DNA of 64,000 nucleotides from the NCBI GenBank assembly GCA_039683095.1, contig JBDKSB010000012.1, positions 929,846-993,845 on the forward strand, read 5' to 3'. The notes under the pieces were generated by a model that did no database searches, had not been told where the DNA came from, and was given only the letters and a program-made list of their open reading frames with translations. Origin of the DNA: Acidobacteriota bacterium (GTDB lineage: Bacteria; Acidobacteriota; Aminicenantia; Aminicenantales; Saccharicenantaceae). The translations under genes were made by a program, and so were the position numbers. Of the stretch, positions 7,298 to 15,680 are shown one piece after another (positions within the stretch are counted from its first letter, which is position 1; each line of letters opens with the position of its first letter).

Positions 7298-8846
7298 TCG
7301 ACAGGGCCGGATTGACGCCCAGGTTCTCCGGGATCTGGGAGCCGTCACAGACGATCATCCCGGCATAGCCTTTGACCCGGTTGCGCTCGTCGATGACGCC
7401 CTCCTCCGGGGTCGGGCCGAACGAGCAGCCGCCCAGGATGTGGGCCGTGATGGGCGCGCCCACCGTGACCTCGGTGATGACGTTGGCCGGGACCGCGTCC
7501 ATCCGCCTGGCCATCCGCCGCCCGAAATCGTTGCCGGCCGGGAGCCAGGTCGGGTTCCGGCGGTCCGTGCCGGGTTCGGAGACGAGGACCGCTTCTAACG
7601 GGGCATACCAGCGCCGGCGCCGCTTCAAATGGAAATAATTGTCGACCGTCTGCATGCCCAGCAGGATGATCGTCTGCCGGGCCCAGCCGGGCGGCCGGCG
7701 CAGGCGCAGATGGCGCAGGGGATGACGCAGCTCGTTGGCCAGCCAGCGCAGGACCCGGGGCGTCCTTTTGCCGCCGTCCGTCAGGGCGGCGACAAGCGCG
7801 CACATGACGTCATGTCCTTTCCCGAAGCGCACCGGTTCGAGGTGCGTGTCGGCGTCCGGGTGGACGCTCGAGGTGATGGCCACGCCCCGGCTGAAGTCGG
7901 CGTCCCTGGCCAGCGAGCGCACGCCGAGCATGGTCTCGCTGTTCGTCCGGGCGTACTTGCCGAGAGGCGCCGGCAGGTTCGGCAGCCGGCCCTTGCGCTT
8001 CATGTCGAGCAGCAGCGTGTTCGTGCCCAGGGCGCCGGCGGCGACGACCAGCGATTTGACTCGGAAGGTCAGGCCGCGCCTTCCCCGCAACAGGCCGGTG
8101 GTCTTCCGCGTCCGGACACGATACCCGTCGCTCCCGTCGGCGGAGAGCGGCTCGATATCGACGACCTTGTTCTCGGAGAAGACCCGGGCCCCGAACTTCT
8201 CGGCGAAGTAGAGATAGTTCTTGTCCAGGCTGTTCTTGGCGTCCTTGCGGCAGCCGGTCATGCACTCGCCGCAGAGCTCGCAGCCGATGCGGTCGGGCCC
8301 TTCGCCCTCGAAATAGGGGTCCGCCGCCGGCTCCCCTTCATGGCCGAAATAAACGGCCACGTCGGTCAGCCGGTAGGTGGCCTCGCGGCCGATCTCGGCC
8401 GCCGTCTCCTTCATCAGGACGTCCTGGGCCGTCTCGACCGGGTTGCGGACGATACCGAGCATGCGGCCGGCCAGGTCGTAGTAAGGCAGGAGTCCGGCCT
8501 TGCCGCCGAGCCGGCGGACGCTGGGGCGCTCGAAGAAGACGTCGGGCGGGACGTAGAGCGTGTTGGCGTAGTTGAGGCTGCCGCCGCCGACGCCGGCCCC
8601 GGCCAGGATGAAGGCCCCGTTGAGGAGGCGCAGACGCCAGGTGCCGTAGAGGCCGAGGCCGGGCATCCAGAGGAACTTGCGCAGGTTCCAGTTGCGGCGC
8701 GGGAACTGGTCGGCGTGCCAGCGCCGGCCGGCTTCGACGACGCCGACCGAATAGCCCTTCTGGGCCAGGCGCATGGCCGCGACGGAGCCGCCGAATCCGG
8801 ACCCGACGACCAGGCAATCGAAAACGAGCTCTTCGCTCTTCTTCAT
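7179..8846 (-). CDS. GMC family FAD-dependent oxidoreductase (cholesterol oxidase-like)
   Basis: N-terminal [20 protein letters not shown] Rossmann motif and a GMC C-terminal region [29 protein letters not shown], at 555 aa. Confidence 0.85.
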   Translation of the reverse strand: [555 protein letters not shown]

Positions 8847-8864
8847 TTTCCCCGAATGCGCCCC

Positions 8865-8893
8865 ACTTTACAGAAGACGGCCGGAGAGGTCAA
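8865..8893 (-). promoter_or_regulatory. Sigma70-like promoter TTGACC-N17-TAAAGT for the GMC oxidoreductase
   Basis: Minus strand reads cTTGACCtctccggccgtcttctgTAAAGTggggcgcattcggggaaaATG. Confidence 0.45.
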
Positions 8894-9018
8894 GGACGCG
8901 CATTGGCGCTGAGCGCCTTCAGGGCTTCGCGTCTTTGGTCTCCGGCCGTCGGGCCCCGGCTCGATAGAGCGGGATCCTCTTGAACGGCGGTCCGGATCGC
9001 GGTTGAGCGATAAGCCTC

Positions 9019-9047
9019 TTGACAGCCCCGCGTCCGTATAATATATT
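9019..9047 (+). promoter_or_regulatory. Sigma70 promoter TTGACA-N17-TATATT (overlapping TATAAT) in the AT-rich island upstream of the MerR-rSAM operon
   Basis: TTGACA at 9019-9024, TATAAT at 9037-9042, TATATT at 9042-9047. The surrounding sequence is ~30% GC in a 70% GC genome. Confidence 0.6.
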
Positions 9048-9049
9048 CG

Positions 9050-9059
9050 TGTACGTACA
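9050..9059. promoter_or_regulatory. Perfect 10-bp palindrome TGTACGTACA immediately downstream of the -10 (operator-like)
   Basis: Self-complementary with a GT-N-AC core typical of GntR/FadR-type operators. It is followed by the inverted repeat TATGAA-N6-TTCATA at 9065-9082. Confidence 0.4.
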
Positions 9060-9102
9060 TGTTATATGAAAATCTATTCATAATTGAACGCAAAGGTATA
9101 GA

Positions 9103-9831
9103 ATGAACAGAGACCTTCTAACCGTCCAGGACCTGGCCGACAAGGCCGGGGCCCCGGCCGAGCGTGTCGCGGAATGGACCAAGGTCAAGCTCCTCAAGCC
9201 CGACGGCTACGGCGAGAAGAAGTCCCCCCTGTTCTCCGTCTCGAGTCTCGAGCAGGTCGCCGTGGTCCAGCGGCTGGCCGATCTCGGCTACGGCACCGAC
9301 GAGATCATCAAGATCGTCAAGAGGGTCGGCCTGCCCCGCGACCGGCGCGGCAAGAAAAGGGCCCGCGACAAGGGCTACTTGACCGTCGGCAACCTGGCCG
9401 AGCGCTCCGGCGTCAGCCCGCGGACGATCAAGCACTGGGAGGACAAGGGCATCATCGAGCCCGACATGCGGACCGAGGGCGGCTTCCGGCTCTACTCGGA
9501 ATCGTACGTCATCCTCTGCCAGCTCATCCGCGACCTCCAGCTCTTCGGCTACTCGCTCGAGGAGGTCAAGGCCATCTCGGACGATGTCCGGACGCTCCTG
9601 GCCATCGAGGCCGAACTCGAAGCCTACCCCCAGGCCGAGGTCGAGAAGCGGCTGGCCGCGATGCTCGAGGCCATCCGGGGCCTCTCCGACAAGATGAAGC
9701 TTCTGGAGGAGGGCATCGAGCGCTGGCGCGACCTTCTCAAGAAGAAGAAAAAGGACATCGTCGCCCTCCAGGGCCGGAACCAGAAGCGCGGGAAAGCCGC
9801 CAAAGAAAATAAGGAGAAGAGCCATGCATAA
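9103..9831 (+). CDS. MerR family transcriptional regulator with two tandem MerR HTH domains, a coiled coil and a Lys-rich tail
   Basis: HTH1 is LTVQDLADKAGAPAERVAEW...LGYGTDEI. HTH2 is LTVGNLAERSGVSPRTIKHWEDKGII...FGYSLEEVKAI. The C-terminus is LLKKKKKDIVALQGRNQKRGKAAKENKEK. SD aaagg lies upstream of ATG 9103. Confidence 0.8.
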   Translation: MNRDLLTVQDLADKAGAPAERVAEWTKVKLLKPDGYGEKKSPLFSVSSLEQVAVVQRLADLGYGTDEIIKIVKRVGLPRDRRGKKRARDKGYLTVGNLAERSGVSPRTIKHWEDKGIIEPDMRTEGGFRLYSESYVILCQLIRDLQLFGYSLEEVKAISDDVRTLLAIEAELEAYPQAEVEKRLAAMLEAIRGLSDKMKLLEEGIERWRDLLKKKKKDIVALQGRNQKRGKAAKENKEKSHA

Positions 9832-11263
9832 GATCGTCCTCATCGAGCCGAAGGCCCCGAACCTGCACATCTTCTCCCAGTTCCCCCTGCCGCGGCTGGG
9901 GACCCTCATCCTCGGGACGATGATGAAGAAGCTCGGCTGGGAGGTCGAGGTCTTCGTCGAGGACTTCCGCAAGGTCGATTACGACGTCATCGCCGAGGCC
10001 GACCTCGTCGGCATCTCGACCATCACGTCCACGGCGCCACGGGCCTACGCCATCGCCGACCGGGTCCGGATCATGCGCATCCCGGTCATCATGGGCGGGC
10101 CCCACGTCACCTACCTGCCCGACGAGGCGATGCAGCACGCCGATTTCGTCGTCCGCGGCGAGGGCGAGGCGGCCCTGGCCGCCTTCATCGACGCCCGCGA
10201 GAAAGGGAGGGGCTACGCCGACGTACCCAGCCTCTCCTACCGGGACGCCTCCGGCGCCGTCATCCACAACCCCCTGGCGCCCCGGGCTTCGGACCTCGAC
10301 CGCATCCCCTTCCCCGACTTCTCGCTCCTGCGGCCCGATGCGAAGGGCACGAAGCATATGTCCTCCATCCCGGTCATGACCTCGCGGGGCTGCCCTTTCG
10401 ATTGCTCCTTCTGCTCGGTGACCGGCATGTTCGGGCGCAAGTACCGCTTCCGCTCGACCGCGAACATCATCGAGGAGCTGCGCCGCTATTCGGGCCGCAA
10501 GACCATGGTCTTCTTCTACGACGACAACTTCGCCGCCGACCCGGAACGGACCCGCGAGCTGTGCCAGGCCATGATACGGGAGGAGATCCGGATCCGGTGG
10601 ACGACCCAGGTCCGGGCCGACGTCGCCCGCGACCCGGATCTCGTCCGCCTGATGAAGGAATCCGGCTGCCACACCGTCTACATCGGCTTCGAATCGGTCA
10701 ACCCGGACGCGCTCCAGGAAATGCACAAGAAGCAGACCGTCGCGGAGATCGCCCGGGCCGTCCGGGTGTTCCGGCAGAACGGCATTCACATCCACGGCAT
10801 GTTCGTCCTCGGCTTCGACCAGGACGACTGGAAGACAGTGCGCAAGACGGTCCGCTGGGCCAAGCGGGCCCGGCTGACCTCGACCCAGTTCCTCATCCTG
10901 ACGCCGCTGCCCGGCTCGGCCTTTTACGACCGGATCGCCGCCGAGCACCGCATCACCTTCCACGACTGGGCCCTCTACGACGCCCACCACGCCGTGTTCC
11001 AGCCGGCCCGCTTCTCGCTGCCCGACCTCCAGAAGGCCCAGAGCTTCGCCCACCGCAAGTTCTATTCGCTCAAGGGTTCGGTCCGCAAGGTCCTGTCCGG
11101 CCAGTGGCTGGCCCTCGGGATCGCCCACTACGCCAGGCATCTCGACAGGGCCTGGAAGAAGAAGAACCGGACCTTCCTCCGGGCCGCCGCCCTCCTCAAG
11201 CCCCGGCCGGGCTCCCGGGCGAAAGTGTCGGTGGATTACCGGGAGGACGTCAGCCTCGAATAA
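9824..11263 (+). CDS. B12-binding-domain radical SAM protein (class B rSAM)
   Basis: N-terminal B12-binding fold (VLIEPKAP...GISTITS...) and radical SAM motif SRGCPFDCSFCS (CxxxCxxC). The start overlaps the MerR stop by 8 nt. Confidence 0.9.
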   Translation: MHKIVLIEPKAPNLHIFSQFPLPRLGTLILGTMMKKLGWEVEVFVEDFRKVDYDVIAEADLVGISTITSTAPRAYAIADRVRIMRIPVIMGGPHVTYLPDEAMQHADFVVRGEGEAALAAFIDAREKGRGYADVPSLSYRDASGAVIHNPLAPRASDLDRIPFPDFSLLRPDAKGTKHMSSIPVMTSRGCPFDCSFCSVTGMFGRKYRFRSTANIIEELRRYSGRKTMVFFYDDNFAADPERTRELCQAMIREEIRIRWTTQVRADVARDPDLVRLMKESGCHTVYIGFESVNPDALQEMHKKQTVAEIARAVRVFRQNGIHIHGMFVLGFDQDDWKTVRKTVRWAKRARLTSTQFLILTPLPGSAFYDRIAAEHRITFHDWALYDAHHAVFQPARFSLPDLQKAQSFAHRKFYSLKGSVRKVLSGQWLALGIAHYARHLDRAWKKKNRTFLRAAALLKPRPGSRAKVSVDYREDVSLE

Positions 11264-11327
11264 GGGACGCTCCGAACCGTTTACATGCCCCTCCGTATCA
11301 ACTAGAATATTCTGGAATTTTATCCCT

Positions 11328-12062
11328 ATGGAGTCGCCCATGCCCAATGTCCTGACCGTCCGGGGACTGAAAAAGTCCTACGGCACCCAGCACGCCCTGG
11401 CCGGCATCGACTTCGATGTCCGCGTTGGCGAGGTCTTCGCCCTGATCGGCCCGAACGGGGCCGGCAAGACCACGACCCTCCGCATCGTCGCCACCCTGCT
11501 GACCTCGACCGCCGGCGAGATCTCCTTCCTCGATCACGACCTCGGCAAGGATCCCGATTTCGTCCGGGAGAAGATCAGCTACCTGCCGGAAGAAGCCGGC
11601 GCCTACAAGGACATGAAGGGCCTGGATTACCTTCATTTCATGGCCAACTTCTACGCCCGGACGCCGGAGGAGGAGAAGGAGTTCGTCCGCCGCGCCGTCG
11701 AGATCACCGAGCTCGGCGACCGCCTGTCGACCAAGGTCGGCACCTACAGCAAGGGCATGACCCGCAAGCTCCTCCTGGCCCGGGCCCTGATGACCAAGCC
11801 CGTGCTGGCCATCCTCGACGAGCCGACCTCGGGCCTCGACGTCCTCAACGCCCTGGAGGTCCGGGAGATCGTCCGCCGCTACGTCAAGGAGGGGACGTCG
11901 GTCCTGCTCTCTTCCCATAACATGCTCGAGATCGAGTTCCTGTCCGACCGGGTCGGGCTCATCAACAAGGGCCTGATCCTCGACACGGGCACGCCGGCCG
12001 AGCTCAAGGACAAGCACGCGGCCAAGAACCTCGAAGAGGTCTTCAGGAGTTCCCTCCGATGA
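11328..12062 (+). CDS. ABC transporter ATP-binding protein (ABC-2 type)
   Basis: Walker A GPNGAGKTTT, signature YSKGMTRKL and Walker B ILDEPTSGLD. The alternative start at 11340 (MPNVLTV) is also possible. Confidence 0.9.
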   Translation: MESPMPNVLTVRGLKKSYGTQHALAGIDFDVRVGEVFALIGPNGAGKTTTLRIVATLLTSTAGEISFLDHDLGKDPDFVREKISYLPEEAGAYKDMKGLDYLHFMANFYARTPEEEKEFVRRAVEITELGDRLSTKVGTYSKGMTRKLLLARALMTKPVLAILDEPTSGLDVLNALEVREIVRRYVKEGTSVLLSSHNMLEIEFLSDRVGLINKGLILDTGTPAELKDKHAAKNLEEVFRSSLR

Positions 12063-13354
12063 AAAGATTCACCAACCTTTTAAAGAAAGAGATCAAGGAG
12101 CTGGCGACCAAGCAGCTGGTCGTCTCGCTCGTCTTCACCGTCGTCCTGTTCAACTTCATCGGACAGGTCAGCAGGAAGGAGGTCCAGAAGGCCGTCGGCA
12201 TCCAGACCATCTCGGCCCTCGACCAGGACGGCACGCCCGCGTCGCAGGCCCTGATCAAGGGCCTCGAGTCGGCCCGCTTCAAGGTCCTTGACCAGTCGGG
12301 CAAGACCAAGGATCAGGCCCTCGAAACGGCCAGGGCCGGCGAGTCCAAGCTCCTCCTCGTCATCCCCAAGGGCTTCGGCGACTCCCTCCGGGAGCTCAAG
12401 CCCAGCGAGATCGAGACCTACTCCTTCATGCGCAGCTTCTCGCTCATCGGGGCCCGGGGCCAGGTCGTCGTCCAGGGCGTCATCGCCGCCCTCAACGAGG
12501 CCGTGTCCAACGAGTTCCTGGCCCAGCGGCTGCCCGGCCTCGACCCGGCCAGCCTCAAAAAGCCCATCCGGAGCCGGGACTTCGTCGTCGTCAGGGACCG
12601 CGTGGCCGAAGGCTCGGCCAACATGGTCGCCGGCCTGATCTCCCAGCAGTCCATGCTCATCCCCATCGTCCTGATGATGATCGTCATCTATTCCTCGCAG
12701 ATGGTCATCTCGGCCGTGGCCCTGGAGAAGCAGAACAAGACCCTGGAGACGCTCCTGACCGTGCCCATCAAGCGGACTTCGATCATCACCGCCAAGATGC
12801 TGGCGGCCGGGCTCGTCGGCCTCATTTCGGCCGGCGTCTACATGTTCGGCTTCCAGGGCTTCGTCGGCGGCATCGGTGAAGAAGCGGCCCGGGCGGGCGC
12901 CCAGGACGGCGGGGCGGCGCTGATGCAGAAGCTCGGCCTGACCTTCAGCACGGGCGGCTACGCCATCCTCGGCCTGTCCATCTTCCTGGCCATCCTGGTG
13001 GCCCTCGCGGCGGCCATGATCCTCGGCGTCCTGGCCGAGGACCTTCGCAGCGCCCAGAGCATGATGATGCCGCTCATGTTCATGGTCATGATCCCCTACT
13101 TCATCTCGCTGTTCGCCGACCTGAACACGATGTCGCTGCCGCTCAAGGTCTTCGTCCTGGCCATCCCGTTCACGCACCCCTTCCTGGTCTCGCAGAACCT
13201 CTACCTCGGCAACTACGGCCTGATCGCCGCCGGGCTCGGCTATATGCTCCTCGTGTTCGTGGTCCTGGTGATCTACGCGGCCAGGATCTTCTCGACGGAC
13301 AAGATCCTGACCATGAAGCTGCGCTTCGGCAAGAAGAAAGCGGCCGCCGCCTGA
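12059..13354 (+). CDS. ABC-2 family transporter permease
   Basis: ATGA overlap with the ATPase gene. N-terminal TM, a large extracytoplasmic loop, then five C-terminal TM helices. Confidence 0.8.
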   Translation: MKRFTNLLKKEIKELATKQLVVSLVFTVVLFNFIGQVSRKEVQKAVGIQTISALDQDGTPASQALIKGLESARFKVLDQSGKTKDQALETARAGESKLLLVIPKGFGDSLRELKPSEIETYSFMRSFSLIGARGQVVVQGVIAALNEAVSNEFLAQRLPGLDPASLKKPIRSRDFVVVRDRVAEGSANMVAGLISQQSMLIPIVLMMIVIYSSQMVISAVALEKQNKTLETLLTVPIKRTSIITAKMLAAGLVGLISAGVYMFGFQGFVGGIGEEAARAGAQDGGAALMQKLGLTFSTGGYAILGLSIFLAILVALAAAMILGVLAEDLRSAQSMMMPLMFMVMIPYFISLFADLNTMSLPLKVFVLAIPFTHPFLVSQNLYLGNYGLIAAGLGYMLLVFVVLVIYAARIFSTDKILTMKLRFGKKKAAAA

Positions 13355-13359
13355 GGGCC

Positions 13360-14535
13360 GTGACGACCGATCCGGCCAGGCAGGTCCGGTCACCGATCGC
13401 CTTCGCGGTCGGGGCCCGGACCCTGTCCAATACCGCCTACCGGATGGTCTACCCGTTCCTGCCGGTCTTTGCCCGCGCCTTCGGGGTCGACCTGGCGACC
13501 ATGTCGATCGCCCTGTCGGCCCGCTCCGCCTCGGGCGCGCTGGGCCCCCTCCTCGCCCCATTCACGGACCGGCACGGGCGGCGGTTCGGCCTGACCCTCG
13601 GGCTGGGCCTGTTCGCGGCCGGGGCGTTCCTGGGCGCCGTCGGCCCGGGCCTTCCGGGCTTCGCCGCCGCCCTCGTCCTGATGACCGTCGGCAAGTACGT
13701 CATCGACCCGGCCATCCTGGCCCACCTGAGCGACCTCGTGCCCTACGGTCGGCGCGGCCGGGCCCTGGCCCTGACCGAGCTCAGCTGGTCCCTGGCCTTC
13801 ATCGCCGGCGTGCCGGCCGCCGGCTTCCTCATCGGCCGCTTCGGCTGGCGGTCGCCCTTTCTTGCCCTGGCCGTCCTGGGCCTGGCCGGGCTCGTCGTCG
13901 TCCGGATCGGCGCGGGGATGCCGGCAGCGGGGGCGGCCGGCGCCGCGGGCCATCGCGAAAGCTTCAGGTCCGTGTTCCGGTCGGGCCCGGCCCTCGCGGG
14001 GATCGCCGCCATACTGGCCGTCAGCGTCTCGAACGAGCTGGTCAACTTCGTCTTCGGCGCCTGGCTCGAGGACTCCTTCGGGCTCAAGCTGGCCGGCCTC
14101 GGGGCCGCGGCGGCGGCCATCGGCCTGGCCGAGTTCGGCGGCGAAAGCCTGGTCGCGGCCTCGATCGACCGGATCGGCAAGATGAAGGCCCTGATGACCG
14201 GCCTGGCCGCCAACGCCGTCGCGGCCGCCGTCTTGCCCCTGGCCGGCCGCACGGCCGCCCTGGCGCTCATCGGCCTGGCCCTCTTCTACCTGACCTTCGA
14301 GTACACGGTCGTCAGCATGCTTCCGGTCATGAGCGAGATCCTGCCCCAGGCTCGGGCGACGCTTCTGGCCTTCTACGCCGCGTCGTTCTCGGTCGGCCGG
14401 GCCATCGGGTCGCTGGCCTCCCCCCGGCTCTACGGCCTGGGGTTCCCGGCCGTGGCCCTGGCCGCGGCCGGCCTCAACGCCGTCGCCTTCCTGTTCCTGG
14501 TCCGCCTGCGCCGCCTGACCGTCGGCAGGCATTGA
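13360..14535 (+). CDS. MFS transporter
   Basis: 391 aa with 12 predicted TM helices and a typical MFS N-terminus (YRMVYPFLPVFARAFGV). Confidence 0.85.
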   Translation: MTTDPARQVRSPIAFAVGARTLSNTAYRMVYPFLPVFARAFGVDLATMSIALSARSASGALGPLLAPFTDRHGRRFGLTLGLGLFAAGAFLGAVGPGLPGFAAALVLMTVGKYVIDPAILAHLSDLVPYGRRGRALALTELSWSLAFIAGVPAAGFLIGRFGWRSPFLALAVLGLAGLVVVRIGAGMPAAGAAGAAGHRESFRSVFRSGPALAGIAAILAVSVSNELVNFVFGAWLEDSFGLKLAGLGAAAAAIGLAEFGGESLVAASIDRIGKMKALMTGLAANAVAAAVLPLAGRTAALALIGLALFYLTFEYTVVSMLPVMSEILPQARATLLAFYAASFSVGRAIGSLASPRLYGLGFPAVALAAAGLNAVAFLFLVRLRRLTVGRH

Positions 14536-14581
14536 CAAGGGCTCTCCGTTCCTGCCAAGATAGGCCCGAAAGGGAGGGGTC

Positions 14582-14830
14582 ATGCACATCCTGTGGACCA
14601 TTGTTCTGGGGTTGCTGGCCGGCATCATCGCCAAGCTCATCTATCCCGGCAAGGAGAACATGAGCTGGCTCTGGACGATCGTCCTGGGCATCGCCGGTTC
14701 GTTCGTCGCCACCTATCTCGGCAAGCTCGTCGGCATCTACAAGCCCGGCGAGACGGCCGGCTTCATCGGCGCCATCGTCGGCGCGCTGATCCTGCTCTTC
14801 ATCTACGGCCTGATCAAGAAAAAGGCCTGA
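14582..14830 (+). CDS. GlsB/YeaQ/YmgE family stress-response membrane protein
   Basis: 82 aa with two TM segments and the WTIVLG...GIIAKLI / GAIVGALILLFIY pattern typical of transglycosylase-associated proteins. SD gggagggg lies upstream. Confidence 0.85.
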   Translation: MHILWTIVLGLLAGIIAKLIYPGKENMSWLWTIVLGIAGSFVATYLGKLVGIYKPGETAGFIGAIVGALILLFIYGLIKKKA

Positions 14831-15086
14831 GGGCCGCTCCACCAAAGGCAAGGCTGGAGCCAATGGGGAAACGAAGTCGGTTGTAGCGCCGCAAGAGCAT
14901 TTCCCGGCTATCAAGGCGGAGATTTGGAAGCTAAAAAACAACTAAGCCTTCTTGAAAAGCAATCGCGTTTTGTTATCAGGCATTAATCGCCCCGCCCTTG
15001 GGATCGCCGGGCCATGGATAGCTTATGTGCCCCGTCTCCTATGCGTGCGGCTATTGCGGACAACCGGCGCATTCGAACTCTGAGCT

Positions 15087-15635
15087 CTAGGCCCGCGTCG
15101 ACCTGCCGCCATGCCGGCGGATGAGGAGCCAAACGGCCAGCAGAAGCAGCAGCCCGAGGACGATGGGCGCCACGACCGCGACGACGGCCGTCACGCCGGA
15201 GACGGCATCCTCGGCCAGGCTGACGACGGGGTTCCCCATTCCCGCGGTATGCGCCGTCACGACCGGACGGGCCGCCGCCTTGGCCGTGTGGATGCCTCCC
15301 GCGATGAGCAGGCCGCAGATCATGGCCAGCACCGGGCTGACGTTGCTGATGACGTTGCCGCTCGCGGCGAAGAGGATAGCCCCGGCCGCCGGCCGGAAGA
15401 TCGTCTGTATCACGTCGTTGACCGTGTCGACGGCCGGGATCTTGTCGACGGTGATCTCGATCGCGAGCAGGACGCCGATGACGACGAGCACGACGGGATG
15501 CGTCAGCGCGCTCCACGGCGGCCGGAGGGCGATGAGATGGGTGTAGCGGGCCAGCAGGCCGACGATGAGCAGCGGCAGATAGGCGTTCAGGCCGGTCGCC
15601 GCGGCCAGCCCGAAGGCGCCGAGCAATCCCAGCAT
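15087..15635 (-). CDS. DUF4126-like integral membrane protein
   Basis: 182 aa and highly hydrophobic. Its promoter TTGACA-N18-TAGAAT (minus, 15655-15684) and SD ggggagga sit inside the 3' end of the upstream glycoside hydrolase gene. Confidence 0.65.
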   Translation of the reverse strand: MLGLLGAFGLAAATGLNAYLPLLIVGLLARYTHLIALRPPWSALTHPVVLVVIGVLLAIEITVDKIPAVDTVNDVIQTIFRPAAGAILFAASGNVISNVSPVLAMICGLLIAGGIHTAKAAARPVVTAHTAGMGNPVVSLAEDAVSGVTAVVAVVAPIVLGLLLLLAVWLLIRRHGGRSTRA

Positions 15636-15680
15636 GCCGATCCTCCCCGACCGGATTCTAGTTCCGGCCGTGAACGCCTG

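Noticed and set aside
7629-8912. 427-aa plus-strand ORF antisense to the GMC oxidoreductase
   Set aside because: The GMC frame carries the FAD Rossmann and GMC C-terminal motifs. The antisense translation is Ala/Gly/Arg-rich junk.
8890-9093. 67-aa minus-strand ORF spanning the AT-rich island (possible precursor peptide for the rSAM)
   Set aside because: No SD and no promoter in the right orientation. Its first 20 codons are simply the antisense of the promoter/operator region, and the remainder is GC-rich filler.
12080-14640. Long minus-strand ORFs (493 aa and 416 aa) antisense to the ABC permease and MFS genes
   Set aside because: Arg/Gly/Asp/His-rich and non-hydrophobic. The sense frames encode clean multi-TM transporters.
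14990-15086. tRNA-like fragment (GCGGGCCTAGAGCTCAGAGTTCGAATG on the minus strand) in the lower-GC spacer after GlsB
   Set aside because: It cannot be folded into a cloverleaf: there is no D-stem closure, and no anticodon or T-arm at the proper spacing. It is likely a chance match or a degraded remnant.
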